A DNA stretch of 64,000 bases from positions 131,628,001 to 131,692,000 of the forward strand of contig CM059431.1 in the NCBI GenBank assembly GCA_030390025.1, in the 5' to 3' direction. Below are positions 25,919-37,200 of this stretch, in pieces (the stretch's first letter is position 1; each line of letters begins with the position of its first letter). Below the pieces are notes generated by a model, which was not told where the DNA came from, searched no databases, and was given only the letters and a program-made list of their open reading frames with translations. The translations under genes were made by a program, and so were the position numbers. Source of the DNA: Squalus acanthias (lineage: Eukaryota).

Positions 25919-26672
25919 GGCCCTGAAATTCCTTTCCCTACGGGTGAGTACGCGCTGTGTACTCACCCGTAGGGCCAATGGAAGTGCCGGTTTCGCGCAT
26001 GCACTGGAAACCGGAACTTCCGTTCTCTTGAAGGAAGGGGTTCACAGGTCAACTGCGTGCGCCGGAGAGGCAGCGCGTAGACCTGGAACTTCCGCTTTTT
26101 TTACAGGTTTCACCGTGCGGGTAAGTCCCTGGCAGCTGCGCGTGGACAAAGCAGGCGCAAGGCCTGCTTTTAACAAGGTAAGAGGTGAATTAAGTAAAAT
26201 TGAAACATTTTTTCCACAGGTTTATCATTTTTAAATACTTTAAAGAAAGGTAAGTTTATTTTTAACCCCGTTAAAAACTTTAATTAATTTTTTCAAACAT
26301 TTTAATTTTTGTTTAAAATAGTTAATTTATGTAATTTATAGTTATTTTAAAAATGTGATGTTTTTTTAAAATTTATTTGAAGTTTTACTTCGGTTTTAGG
26401 GCTGATCTCTATTCATAGATTTGACAGGTCTTCCTGTCAAATCTATGAATGGAGATTCCCTTGCTCCGATTGGCTCCCCATGGCCCACGTGATCCCAGGG
26501 GACGCTGCGAACTAGTTGCGCCCCTGGGATACGCGAGCACTGCACACCAGCAGCTGGAGGAGGCCCAGGATCGGAATCCCATGTGGGCCCACAGCACAAC
26601 GGCAGGCGCGCTATGTAAGTGCAGGTCGGGGGCTTGCGCCTGCGGGAAGCTTGCGACCCGAATTTCTGGGCC
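25919..26672. mobile_element. Harbinger-type MITE nested in the Harbinger element
   Basis: TIRs GGCCCTGAAATTC ... GAATTTCTGGGCC with 3-bp TSD ATT (25916-25918, 26673-26675); internal hairpins. Confidence 0.88.
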
Positions 26673-26877
26673 ATTGTTATCATGCTGATCTCAGCGCTAA
26701 AACTGCTGCTCATTTCTTACCGCTCAACAGGTGGGCCAATATCAGGTGCAGACTAATTCCCAGGCATGTTTGGCCTAGGCTTTATTCAGTACCTAAAGGG
26801 GAGGTGCATTGATGCAACAGCACCCCATTGTCATTCCACGTGGTATGCCACTTTGAAGCAGACGCTACTACAAAGAG

Positions 26878-28597
26878 ATGGCTGAGCCTCAGCACAGGGA
26901 GAGAGCAAGAAGATTCTCAGACGCGGCTCTGGAGGCACTGGTGGTGGCCGTGGAGAGGAAGCGAGCTGTCCTCTTTCCGCAGGGCGGCAGGAAGCCATCA
27001 GCCGATACGTCCAGAAGGCGCTGGCGGGAGATATCCGATTATGTGACGGCCACCAGTGTGGTCCCCAGGTCCTCCATACAATGCCGCAAGAAGTTTAATA
27101 ACCTCACACGGCAGGTCAAGGTGAGTGAAGGCTTCAGCAAATACCATATCCAACCATGTGCACCACAAGCCTCACACACTGCTCAATGCACCACACCCCC
27201 AGCACTCACCTACCAACAATCTCCACCTATCACCACTCAGACCTCACAATCATAGCTTCACCTCACTCTCACAACCTTACCACTGCTGCAACACTCTCAC
27301 CCACATCTCACACCTTGCACATACTGACAGCTATTCAACAATGGCAGGCACATCACCCAAACACATTGCACCACACTCACACACACACTTCACTTTCTCT
27401 TGCAGGCCAAGGACACGCATAATCGCTGGGAGCTGCGGCAGACAGGTGGGGGGCAAGCTGACATACAGGCCCTGAGACAACTGGAGGAGCGAGTGCTCGA
27501 CATCATTGGACGGGAAGTCAGGGAGGCCTTGGCAACGGGTGAGATTGAAGCCCTTGGGGACAACAGCGGTAGGCTCATTCCTAATCCTTCTTTTTACATC
27601 CCACTTCCCCCTCATCCCACAATCTCTTCTCACTTACAAGCTGCTAATGCTGTATGCATGCATATCTTGTTTTCCCCCGCCCCTCACCATAACCCGACTC
27701 TTGTGCCTTTCTGCTTTCAGATAATCCAGAACAAACGAGGTGATGGAGGAGAGGGAAGGAGGGAAGAAGAAGAACACACAGCGTCACTGCATCTGTCACT
27801 TGCAGATACCAGCTCAGAAATTGGCATTGCACGTAATTTAGAGGGTAGTGTAGAAGTGGGATCTGCACAGGGTGAGGCACCGGGCACGAGTGGGCTGCAG
27901 CAAAGCCAGGGAGAAAGGGTAGCTCGGGGGCCAGCTCCCCAGAGGGCGAGTTCGCGCGCGAGTTCTGCTGCACAAGACTCAGATGAGCACCTCGATGGGG
28001 CGGCCTTCAGAAGAAGGGTGATGAACATGCACACCGAATTGCTAGGTGCAATGGCAAGCCTGCCAGAGAGCCTCTTGGCAATGTCAAGGAGCGTGGAGAA
28101 GTCCACCTCCAACATTGGCCAGGGCTTTGCGCAGAGCTTGGAGCGCATGATTTCCAGGCTGGAAATGGTGGAAAACTCCCAGAGAGACCGTGTCGACCCA
28201 GAAATGATGTTGCGTGTGATGGGCAATGTCGCGGCTGCCATTGCAGCACAGGCAGAAGCGACCCAACATCTTAGTGCTGCAGCAGAAGCGCAGACTGCTC
28301 TCATGCAGTCTCGGCTTGCTGCCACCCAAACTCTGACTGCTGCTATCGTGGCTGGGTTTACCACTGTCGACTGGGGATTGCAGAGTTTCACAGCAGGCCA
28401 GCAATCTGTCCTCCACCAGATTGCTCGGAATGCTGAAGAGCCGCCCCGGGGGAGTGGCAGAGGGTCAGTGGATCAGGACCCTGCTGTCCTCTCTCAGGAT
28501 GACAGCATTCCTACTCCCACTCCGCCATTGCCTTTGCCGCTGCCTGTCAGCCAGCCAGCCCAGACTGCTGCCGCCCATGCCAAGGTGGTGCAGCCAG
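26878..28597 (+). pseudogene. Harbinger Myb/SANT-like DNA-binding protein gene; exons 26878-27120, 27406-27568, 27721-~28597
   Basis: Trihelix motif RFSDAALEALV...WREI...QCRKKFNNL; donor AAG|GTGAGT, acceptor TTGCAG|GCC, exon 2 (TGGG motif), donor G|GTAGGC, acceptor TTTCAG|ATA. Phase mismatch into exon 3 implies a frameshift; 3' truncated. Confidence 0.8.
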
Positions 28598-29038
28598 GGG
28601 AAACAACCTCTCAGCATCTACCCTGTCAATCCCCCTCAGAATTTATATATTTCAATGCGATCACCTCTCATTCTTCTTAATGCCAGAGAATATAGGCCCA
28701 ATCTACTTAATCTCTCCTCATAGGACAACCCTCTCATCCGAGGAATCAATTTAGTGAACCTTTGTTGCACTGCCTCCAAGGCAAGTATATCCTTCCTCAG
28801 ATAAGGAGACCAAAACTATGCACAGTACTCCAGGTGTGGTCTCACTAAAGCCCTGTACAATTTTAGTAAGACTTCCTTACTCTTCTATTCCAACCCCCTT
28901 GCAATAAAGGCCAACATGCCATTTGCCTTCCTAATTGCTTGCTGTACCTGCATGCTAACTTTCTGTGTTTCCTGTACGAGGACACCTAAATCTCACTGAA
29001 CACCAACATTTAATAGTTTCTCACCATTTAAAAAATAG
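28598..29038 (-). mobile_element. CR1 LINE fragment A (continues at 32185-32336)
   Basis: Minus strand encodes RT C-terminal CR1 sequence; ends TCACCATTTAAAAAATAG and resumes AAAAATAGTCTGTTTTCCTATTCTTCCTACCAAAGTG. Confidence 0.88.
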
Positions 29039-29044
29039 AATCAT

Positions 29045-29747
29045 GGCGGGGAATGTTCCGGGGGGTCAGCGGGCGCAATCGGTAGCGGGTCGGGTGGGAA
29101 AATGTTTTTTTTGACAGTGGGTCGGGACCCCGCTGTGAACCCGCCACCACGCGCTTTTCCTAAATGTCGGGTCTGTCAGCGCTGAGCAGACCTGACACGC
29201 AGTGGCAGGGGAAGCAATTAAGGTCATTATGACCTTGTTAACAGAGCATTAAGAACTATTTTCAGCTCACCTTCAGAGTTTACCAGGCCACCCACGGGGT
29301 CCATGATGCTCGGGGATCACACCAGGTAAGCAGGGTGGGAGTTGAATGGCCATGGAATCAGCTCATTACTTGACAGCTGCAAATGTGCTATGAAAGCTCC
29401 CATCTCACAGCTGTTTACTTTCCAAGCTCAGAAGCTGTTGCTCACTGCATTTGGAAGACAAATTGAGCTTTATGCAGGTTGCAAGTGTTTGGAGCAAACT
29501 CTCTATCCACTGTCACCTCATTGGAACAACCTTTCTCAACATTGACAGATTGCTTCTGTCATCTCAACCTCACCTGCCATCTATTACATCAGTATCTGTG
29601 CCCTTGAAACTATCTCACCTTGGTCCTCAGAATCCCACCATGATCAGCCCCAGCACCAGCAGCACCAGGCACACCAGCAGCACCAACAACAACACCAACC
29701 TTCTCCGCAACCAACCAATGCTGCACAGGACAGAGGGCATCAGCACC
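29045..29747 (+). mobile_element. Harbinger family B left-end fragment
   Basis: Starts GGCGGGGAATGTTCC (TIR-like); near-identical to 2893-3528. Confidence 0.8.
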
Positions 29748-32184
29748 GGTTCTGTGCCAGTTGATAAAGAGCTATCCTGCCTAATCCCAGTTCCCAGCTC
29801 CTGGTCCGTAGCCTTGTAGGTTACGGCACTTCAAGTGCATATCCAAGTACTTTTTAAATGCGATGAGGGTTTCTGCATCTACCAGCCTCTGAGTGAAAAA
29901 AGTTCTCCTCAACTCCCCTCTAATCCTTCTACCAATTACTTTAAATCTATGTCCCCTGGTTATTGACCTCTCTGCTAAGGGAAATAGGTCCTTCCTATCC
30001 ACTCTATCTAGGCCCCTCATAATTTTATACACCTTAATCAAGTCTCCCCTCAGCCTCCTCTGTTCCAAAGAATACAACCCCAGCCTAGCCAATCTTTCCT
30101 CATAGCTAAAATTCTCCAGTCCTGGCAGCATCCTCATAAATCTCTAGTGCAGTCACATCTTTCCTGTAATGTGGTGACCAGAATTGTACGCAGTACTCTA
30201 GCTGTGGCCTAACTAGTGTTTTATACAGTTCAAGCGTAACCTCCCTGCTCTTATATTCTATGCCTCGGCTAATAAAGGAAAGTATCCCGTATGCCTTCTT
30301 TGCACCTTATCTGCCTGTCCTGCTACCTTCAGGGATTTGTGGACATGCGCTCCAAGGTCCCTCTGTTCCTCTACACTTCTCAGTATCCTACCATTTATTG
30401 TGTATTCCCTTGCCTTATTAGCCCTCCCCAAATGCATTACCTCACACTTCTCCAGATTGAATTCCATTTGCCACTTCTCTGCCCACCTGACCAGTCCATT
30501 GATATCTTCCTGCAGTCTACAGCTTTCTTCCTCACTATCGACCACACGGTCAATTTTTGTATCATCTGCAAACTTCTTAATCATGCCCCCTACATTGAAG
30601 TCTAAATCATTGATATATACCACAAAAAGCAAGGGACTTAGTACTGAGCCCTGTGGAACCCCACTGGAAACGACTTTCCAGTCACAAAAACACCCGTCGC
30701 CCATTACCCTTTGCTTCCTGCCTCTGAGCCAATTTTGGATCCAACTTGCCACTTTCCCTTGTATCCCATGGGCTTTTACTTTTCTGACCAGTCTGCCATG
30801 TGGGACCTTGTCAAAAGCCTTGCTAAAATCCATGTAGACTACATCAAACACACTACCCTCATCGACTCTCCTTGTTAACTCCTCAAAAAATACAATCAAG
30901 TTAGTCAGACACGACCTTACCTTAACAAATCCATGCTGACTGTCCTCGATTAATCCGTGCCTTTCTAAATGACGATTAATACTGTCCCTCAGAATTTTTT
31001 CCAGTAATTAGCCCACCACCAGGTTAGGCTGACTGGCCTATAATTACTTGTCTATCCCTTTCTCCCTTTTTAAACAACTGTACAAGGTTAGCAGTCCCCC
31101 AGTCCTACGGAACCACACCTGTAGCCAGAGACTCCTCCTCTTAACTACAATGTCTGCATCGTCCCTCTCTTTTGTGAAGACAGATGCAAAGTATTCATTC
31201 AGAACCATACCCACGTCTTCCACCTCAACGCACTGGTTACCTTTTTGGTCTCTAATAGGCTCTACTCTTTCTTTGGTTATCCTCTTGCTCTTTATGTGTT
31301 TATAAAACATCTTTGGGTTTTCCTTGATTTTACTTGCCAATATTTTTTCATGCCCTCTCTTTGCTTTCCTAGTTTCCGTTTTAATTTCACCCCTGCACTT
31401 TCTATACTCCTCTAGGCCTTCTGCAATATTGAGCTCTCGGTATCTGACTTATGCTTCCCTTTTTTCCTTATCTTACCCTCTATGCATCTTAAAATCCAGG
31501 GGGCTCTAGATTTGGGAGTCCCACCCTATTTCTTTGTGGGAACATATTTGCTCTGAACCCTCACTATCTCCTCCTTGAATGCCTCCCACTGTCCTGTCAC
31601 TGATTTACCTTCAAGTAGCTGTTTCCAGTCCACTTTTGCTAAATCACATCTCAGCTTAGTAAAATTGGTCTTTCCCCAATTGAGAACTTTTACTCCTGGT
31701 CTATCTTTGTCCTTTTCCATAACTACACTAAATCTAACTGAATTATGATCACTACCACCAAAATGCTCTCCCACTGATACCCCTTCCAGCTGCCCAGCTC
31801 ATTCCCTAAAACCAAGTCCAGAACCGCCTCCTCTCTTGTTGGGCTTGCTGCATACTGGCTAAAAAAGTTCTCCTGAAAGCATTTTAAGAATTCTGCACCT
31901 TCCATACCTTTTACACTAATTCTATCCCAGTTAATATTAGGATAGTTGAAATCCCCAACTATTACTGCCCAACTGCTTTTGCACTTCTCAGAAATTTGCC
32001 TACATATTTGCTCTTCTGTCTCCCTCTGACTATTTGAAGGTCTATAGTACACTCTCAGCAGTGTGATTACCCCTTTTTTTGTTCTTCAGTTCAACCCATA
32101 TGGCCTCATTTGATGATCCTTCTCACATATCATCCCTCCTCACAGCTGCAATTGTTTCTTTAACCAATATTGCTATCCCCCCAG
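29748..32184 (-). mobile_element. CR1 LINE B (endonuclease to 3' UTR, degenerate)
   Basis: ORF pieces YYRPSNS...GDFNYPNINW, SDHNSV, YMDFSKAFDKVPH...FADDTK, LEQRRLRGD. Confidence 0.93.
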
Positions 32185-32336
32185 AAAAATAGTCTGTTTT
32201 CCTATTCTTCCTACCAAAGTGAATAACCCCACATTATACTCCATCTGGCACCTTATTGCCCACTCACTTAATCTGTCTATATCCCTTTGCAGGCTCTTTT
32301 TTCCTCTTCACAGCTTACTTTCCCACTGAGCTTTGT
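32185..32336 (-). mobile_element. CR1 LINE fragment A, 5' part
   Basis: Collinear continuation of 28598-29038 (LQRDIDRLSEW region). Confidence 0.8.
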
Positions 32337-32494
32337 CCTTCAGGATTCAGCCAGTGCGGTCAGTAGTGATACTACTGTGCCACTCTTGGTGATGTTAACA
32401 AGGAGGACTTTTCAGGGTCAACTGGGAAGGGTGTGCCTTCGTCGTGTTCAAGTTCAATGCCTAGGTTGCAGCCGAGTGAACCATATGGTTTTAG

Positions 32495-32955
32495 TCTTCT
32501 TAATCCTTTTTATAGTGGTTTGATACAACTGAGTGACTTGCTAGGCCATTTCAGACGGCAGTTAAGAGTCAATCACGTTGGTGTGGGAGTGGAGTTATAT
32601 ATATGCTAGGATGGCAGGTTTCCTTCCCTAAAGGACATTAGTGAACCAGTTGGGTTTTTACGACAATCTGACAGCTTCATGGTCACTTTTACTGATACCA
32701 TCTTTTCTTTCCAGATTTATTTAGATTTTTTTTTAACTGAATTTACTGAGCTGAATTAGACCGTCGTGAGACAGGTTAGATTTACGTAGATGTGTTGTTG
32801 CTATAGTAATCCTGTTCAGTACGAGAGGAACCGCAGCTTCAGAGATTTCTCAAATTCTTAAACTGCCACGATGGAATTGTGAACTCACATTCTTTGGCTT
32901 ATTAGTCCAGGCTTCTGGATTACTAGCCCAGTAACATAACCACTACACTACTGTA
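32495..32955 (-). mobile_element. tRNA-derived SINE interrupted by a 28S rRNA fragment
   Basis: Minus-strand head GTAGTGTAGTGGTT (A box) and GAGTTCACAATTCC (B-box-like); core TTCCTTCCCTAAAGGACATTAGTGAAC shared with 33650-33928. Confidence 0.7.
32747..32848 (+). pseudogene. 28S rRNA fragment including the sarcin-ricin loop
   Basis: TTAGACCGTCGTGAGACAGGTTAG...GATGTGTTGTTG...GTAATCCTGTTCAGTACGAGAGGAACCGCAG; AGTACGAGAGGAAC (32818-32831) is the universally conserved SRL; several substitutions/indels. Confidence 0.93.
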
Positions 32956-33649
32956 TCACGTAATCAGCAGCAGAGCGTTTTGATGGAGGTTTTGCAGAAT
33001 TCGTGTAAAAGATTGAGTAAATTTGGACATAGCTTAAAACTGGTCTAAGTCGCTTACACCTGTATATCTTTAATTTTTTATGCCAAAAATCGGCATTATG
33101 CCATACTTATGCCGTTGTTTCGGTGCAAATTTTCAGGAAATTCTGGGCCACGATGTCTAATGTACAACAAAGATCTTAACCTAAAAACACTCAGAACTGC
33201 TTTGTACAACATTTCAACACTTCTCCACGAGATTATTAAACAATTTTTGAGTGGACTTTTGGCCATTTAATATTAAAAAAAATTGGTGTTGGCTCCTTTT
33301 AGTCCCATTTATACTGTCTGGTGGATTTTGCAGTTTTGCCAGTCTAGCCAGGATCTCCACTGATGTTGGAAGAAGGTCTATATAGATGAACATTGGAGAG
33401 ATCACATTGCCAACCTCTCGGATCTCAATCAGTTGGGGTCAGTGAGATGGACGCTGGTAAATTTCATGCTGAATTTTCCTTTGTCGCTCAGGACAAAACA
33501 CCTCATCAAATCATTATGCTTGCGGTAACAAGCTTACCACATGTGGAGTTACGGGTTCAGAACCTATTTCCCAACATTATGGACTAGAACACCAGAAGAA
33601 TATTTAGGAGGAGGAAAGAAACCAAGCTGTTTTGTATAGATCATTCAGA

Positions 33650-33928
33650 TTTTGGCATGTGGGCAAGGCAAGCATTTATTGCCCAACTGAGTACAACTGA
33701 GCCACGTTGATGTGGGACTGACTGAATCACATATAGGCCAGACTGGGTAAGGATGGCAGGTTTCCTTCCCTAAAGGACATTAGTGAACTAGCTTCATGGG
33801 AATACCAGCTTTTTATTTCTAGATTTAAACTAAATACAATTGGTGGGAGATGAACATGCGTTCTCTGGATTATTCGTTCAGGCCTCTGGATTACTAGTCC
33901 CATAACATATCCACTACACTACCATACC
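33650..33928 (-). mobile_element. tRNA-derived SINE, same family as 32495-32955
   Basis: Shared core and head; 3' end GGCAAGGCAAGCATTTATTGCCC matches the 3' tail of the LINE at 35441-37200. Confidence 0.7.
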
Positions 33929-34185
33929 TAACCACCTGCTCACCATATGCCTTGAACTTATTTACACTGTTCAGATTCAATGGCCCCAATATCAACAGGG
34001 AACTGGGTAGGGCATGGGGGATGCCGAAATCGGCGAAGAACCTGGCAAGGCTGGGGAGGTAGAGGTCCTGCCAATCTTAACGGCAGGGCCTCTACAGCAA
34101 ATTGTAAGGCCACCACCCGTCCAGATGGTCCCTCGTGGGACGATCCCTGGCACTGAGAAGGTAGCATCAGCTCCGGATGGCGATC

Positions 34186-34570
34186 AGGAGGGCTGGAGAG
34201 AGGTTGCCGATTGGGAGGGTTGGGGAGAGGTTGGCAATTGGGAGGGCTGGGGAGAGGTTGTAGATTGGGAGGGCTTGGAGGGAGGTTGGAGATTGGGAGG
34301 GCTTGGAGGGAGGTTGGAGATTGGGAGGGCTTGGAAGGAGGTTGGAGATTGGGAGGGCTTGGAGGGAGGTTGGAGATTGGGAGGGCTTGGGGGGAGGTTG
34401 CAGATTGGGAGGGCTTGGGGGGAGGTTGGAGATTGGGAGGGCTTGGAGGGAGGTTGGAGATTGGGAGGGCTTGGGGGGAGGTTGGAGATTGGGAGGGCTT
34501 GGCGGGAGGTTGAAGATTGGGAGGGCTTGGCGGGAGGTTGGAGATTGGGAGGGCTTGGGGGGAGGCTGGC
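34186..34570. repeat. G-rich minisatellite, ~28-bp unit GGGAGGTTGGAGATTGGGAGGGCTTGG(A/G)
   Basis: Directly visible tandem array of roughly 13 units. Confidence 0.95.
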
Positions 34571-35440
34571 GACCAGAAGGACTGAACATGCTTTATAAGT
34601 GATGTTTCTCATGAGATCATCGATTGGTCATGTGGGTTATTCAAATAAAAGCAAACATTGGCTCATTATAATCTGGCCTCAGATTTTTAACAGTTGTATC
34701 ACGGATGTTATTGTTTATTTGTTATTAGCAAAATGGGAATTATAATTTGACTAATGGGAAATAAATATTATACAGTTGTATGTAACCACTATTACACTAT
34801 AATGTTTAGATGTTCTGAGTTGTATTAGCTAACCTATTTGGTTAGAAAGTTCAGTTTATATTTGATATGTTGTACTCCTGATGCTTAGTGTTGTTATTGG
34901 GTTCAGAGGGAGGAAATATATTCAAATTCCTATTTTCTTTTAGAGATCTTTCTTCAGATTGGGTCAGTGATGCCAAGTCTTACTCATTTTGAACGACTTT
35001 CATGGTTTTAAGAATTTCTCACCATTTTGCTGAAAGTATTCAAAATCTCTCAGATACTTTTAAATGTAAATGGTTTATAATGTGTTTAAAATGCAGATTT
35101 GTATTATAAATATCTATATCAATTTAGTGTATCGTTCTCCAATTTTACTCGTAGAAACTTTAGAACTGAATACATCTATTTTTTGTTGATGTGGCCAAGA
35201 GAGGGAGAGGCTTCTAGGTTGAGGATTTGCTAGAACTTGTGATACAGTCGGTCACATTTGTGGGATTTATTACAATTTGGTTTATTTCTGAGATCTTGTT
35301 GATATAAGACATTTCAGTCTCATGAATTAATGTTCGAGTGGACTTTAATGTTGCTCTTTATTTATTTTTTCACCGTGAATCTAGCAATACCAGTATGGCT
35401 TTTCGAATGCCTGTAAAGTTTTGACCTGAAGATTTGGAGT

Positions 35441-37200
35441 TTTTTTTTATTCGTTTCTGGGTGTGAGCGTCGCTGGCAAGGCCAGCATTTATTGCCCATT
35501 CCTAATTGCTCTTGAGAAGGTGGTGGTGAACTGCCTTCTTGAACCGCTGCAGTCCGTGTGGTGAAGGTACTCCCTCAGTGCTGTTAGGTAGGGAGTTCCA
35601 GGATTTTGACCCAGCGACGATGAAGGAGCGACGATATACTTCTAAGTCAGGATGGTGTGTGATTTGGAGGGGAACTTGGAGGTGGTGGTGCTCCCATGCA
35701 CCTGCTGCCCTTGTCCTTCTAGGTGGATGAGGTCATGGGTTTGGGAGGTACTGCCGAAGAAGCCTTGGCGAGTTGCTGCAGTGCATCTTATAGATGGTAC
35801 AAACTGCAGCCATGGTACACCGGTGGTGGAGGGAGTGAATGTTTAAGGTGGTGGATGGAGTGCCAATCAAGCGGGCTGCTTTGTCCTGGATGGTGTTGAG
35901 CTTCTTGAGTGTTGTTGGAGCTGCACTCATCCAGGCAAGTGGAGAGTATTCCATCACACTCCTGACTTGTGCCTTGTAGATGGTGAAAAGGCTTTGTGGA
36001 GTCAGGAGGTGAGACACTTGCCGCAGAATATCTAGCCTCTGACCTGCTCTTGTTGCCACAGTATTTATGTGGCTGGTCCATTTAAGTTTCTGGTCAATGG
36101 TGACCTCCAGGATGTTGATCATGGGGGATTCGGCGATGGTAATGCCGTTGAATGTCAAGGGGCGGTGGTTAGACTCTCACTTGTTGGAGATAATCATTGC
36201 CTGGCACTTGTGTGGCGCGAATGTTACCTGCCATTTATCAGCCCAAGCCTGAATGTCGTCCAGGTCTTGCTGCATGCGGGCATGGACTGCTTCATTATCT
36301 GAGGAGTTGTGAATGGCACTGAACACTGTGCAGTCATCAACGAACATCCCCATTTCTGACCTTATGTTGGAGGGAAGTTCATTGATGAAGCAGCTGAAGA
36401 TGGTTGGGCCTAGGACACTGCCCTGAGGAACTCCTGCAGCGATGTCCTGGGGCTGTGATGATTGACTTTCAACCACCACAACCATCTTCCTTTGTGCTAG
36501 GTATGACTCCAGCCAGTGGAGAGTTTTCCCCCCGATTCCCATTGACTTCAGTTTTACTAGGGCTCCTTGATGCCACACTCGGTCAAATGCTGCCTTGATG
36601 TCAAGGGCAGTCACTCTCTCCTCATCTCTGTAATTCAGCTCCTTTGTCCCTGTTTGGACGAAGGCTGTAATGAGGTCGGGAGCTGAGTGATCTTGGCGGA
36701 ACCCAAATTGGGCATCAATGAGCAGGTTATTGGTGAGTAGGTGCCGCTTGATAGCACTGTCGATGACACCTTCCATCACTTTGCTGATGATTGAGAATAG
36801 ACTGATGGGGCGGTAATTGGCCGGATGTAATGAGGGTGCTTTTTGTGGACAGGACATACCTGGGCAGTTTTCCACATTGTCGGGTAGATGCCAGTGTTGT
36901 AGCTGTACTGGAACAGCTTGGCTGGAGGCGTGGCTAGTTCTGGAGCACAAGTCTTCAGCACGACAGCCGGGATGTTGTTGGGGCCCATAGCCTTTGCTGT
37001 ATCCAGTGTGCTCAGCCGTTTCTGGATATCATGTGGAGTGAAACGAATTGGCTGAAGACTGGCTTCTGTGATGGTGGGGACCTCAAGAGTAGGCCGATAT
37101 GGATTATCCACTCGGCACTTCTGGCTGAAGATGGTTGCAAACGCTTCAGTCTTGTCTTTTGCACTCACGTGCTGTTCTCCACCATCATTGAGGATGGAAG
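35441..37200 (-). mobile_element. CR1/L2-group LINE, 5'-truncated (distinct from the other CR1s here)
   Basis: ANYRPISL, QFGFRQDHS, ALDIKAAFDRVWH, GVPQGSVLGP, FVDD, YKAQVRSVMEYS; 3' tail ...GGGCAATAAATGCTGGCCTTGCCAGCGACGC...AATAAAAAAAA. Confidence 0.92.

Larger units (their letters stand above)
25800..28597 (+). mobile_element. Harbinger element carrying a Myb/SANT-like gene, truncated by CR1
   Basis: GC-rich subterminal region, spliced Myb-like ORF, abrupt junction to a CR1 fragment at ~28598; left end approximate. Confidence 0.75.

Noticed and set aside
27400..28680. 426-aa ORF as a single-exon gene
   Set aside because: It reads through an intron (27569-27720) and into a CR1 fragment; better explained as exons 2-3 of the Harbinger Myb gene.
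32747..32848. Functional rRNA gene
   Set aside because: Only ~100 nt, mutated, with no rDNA context; the same applies to the 18S piece.
34014..34612. Several long Gly/Trp- or Pro/Ser-rich ORFs
   Set aside because: Translations of a stop-poor minisatellite.
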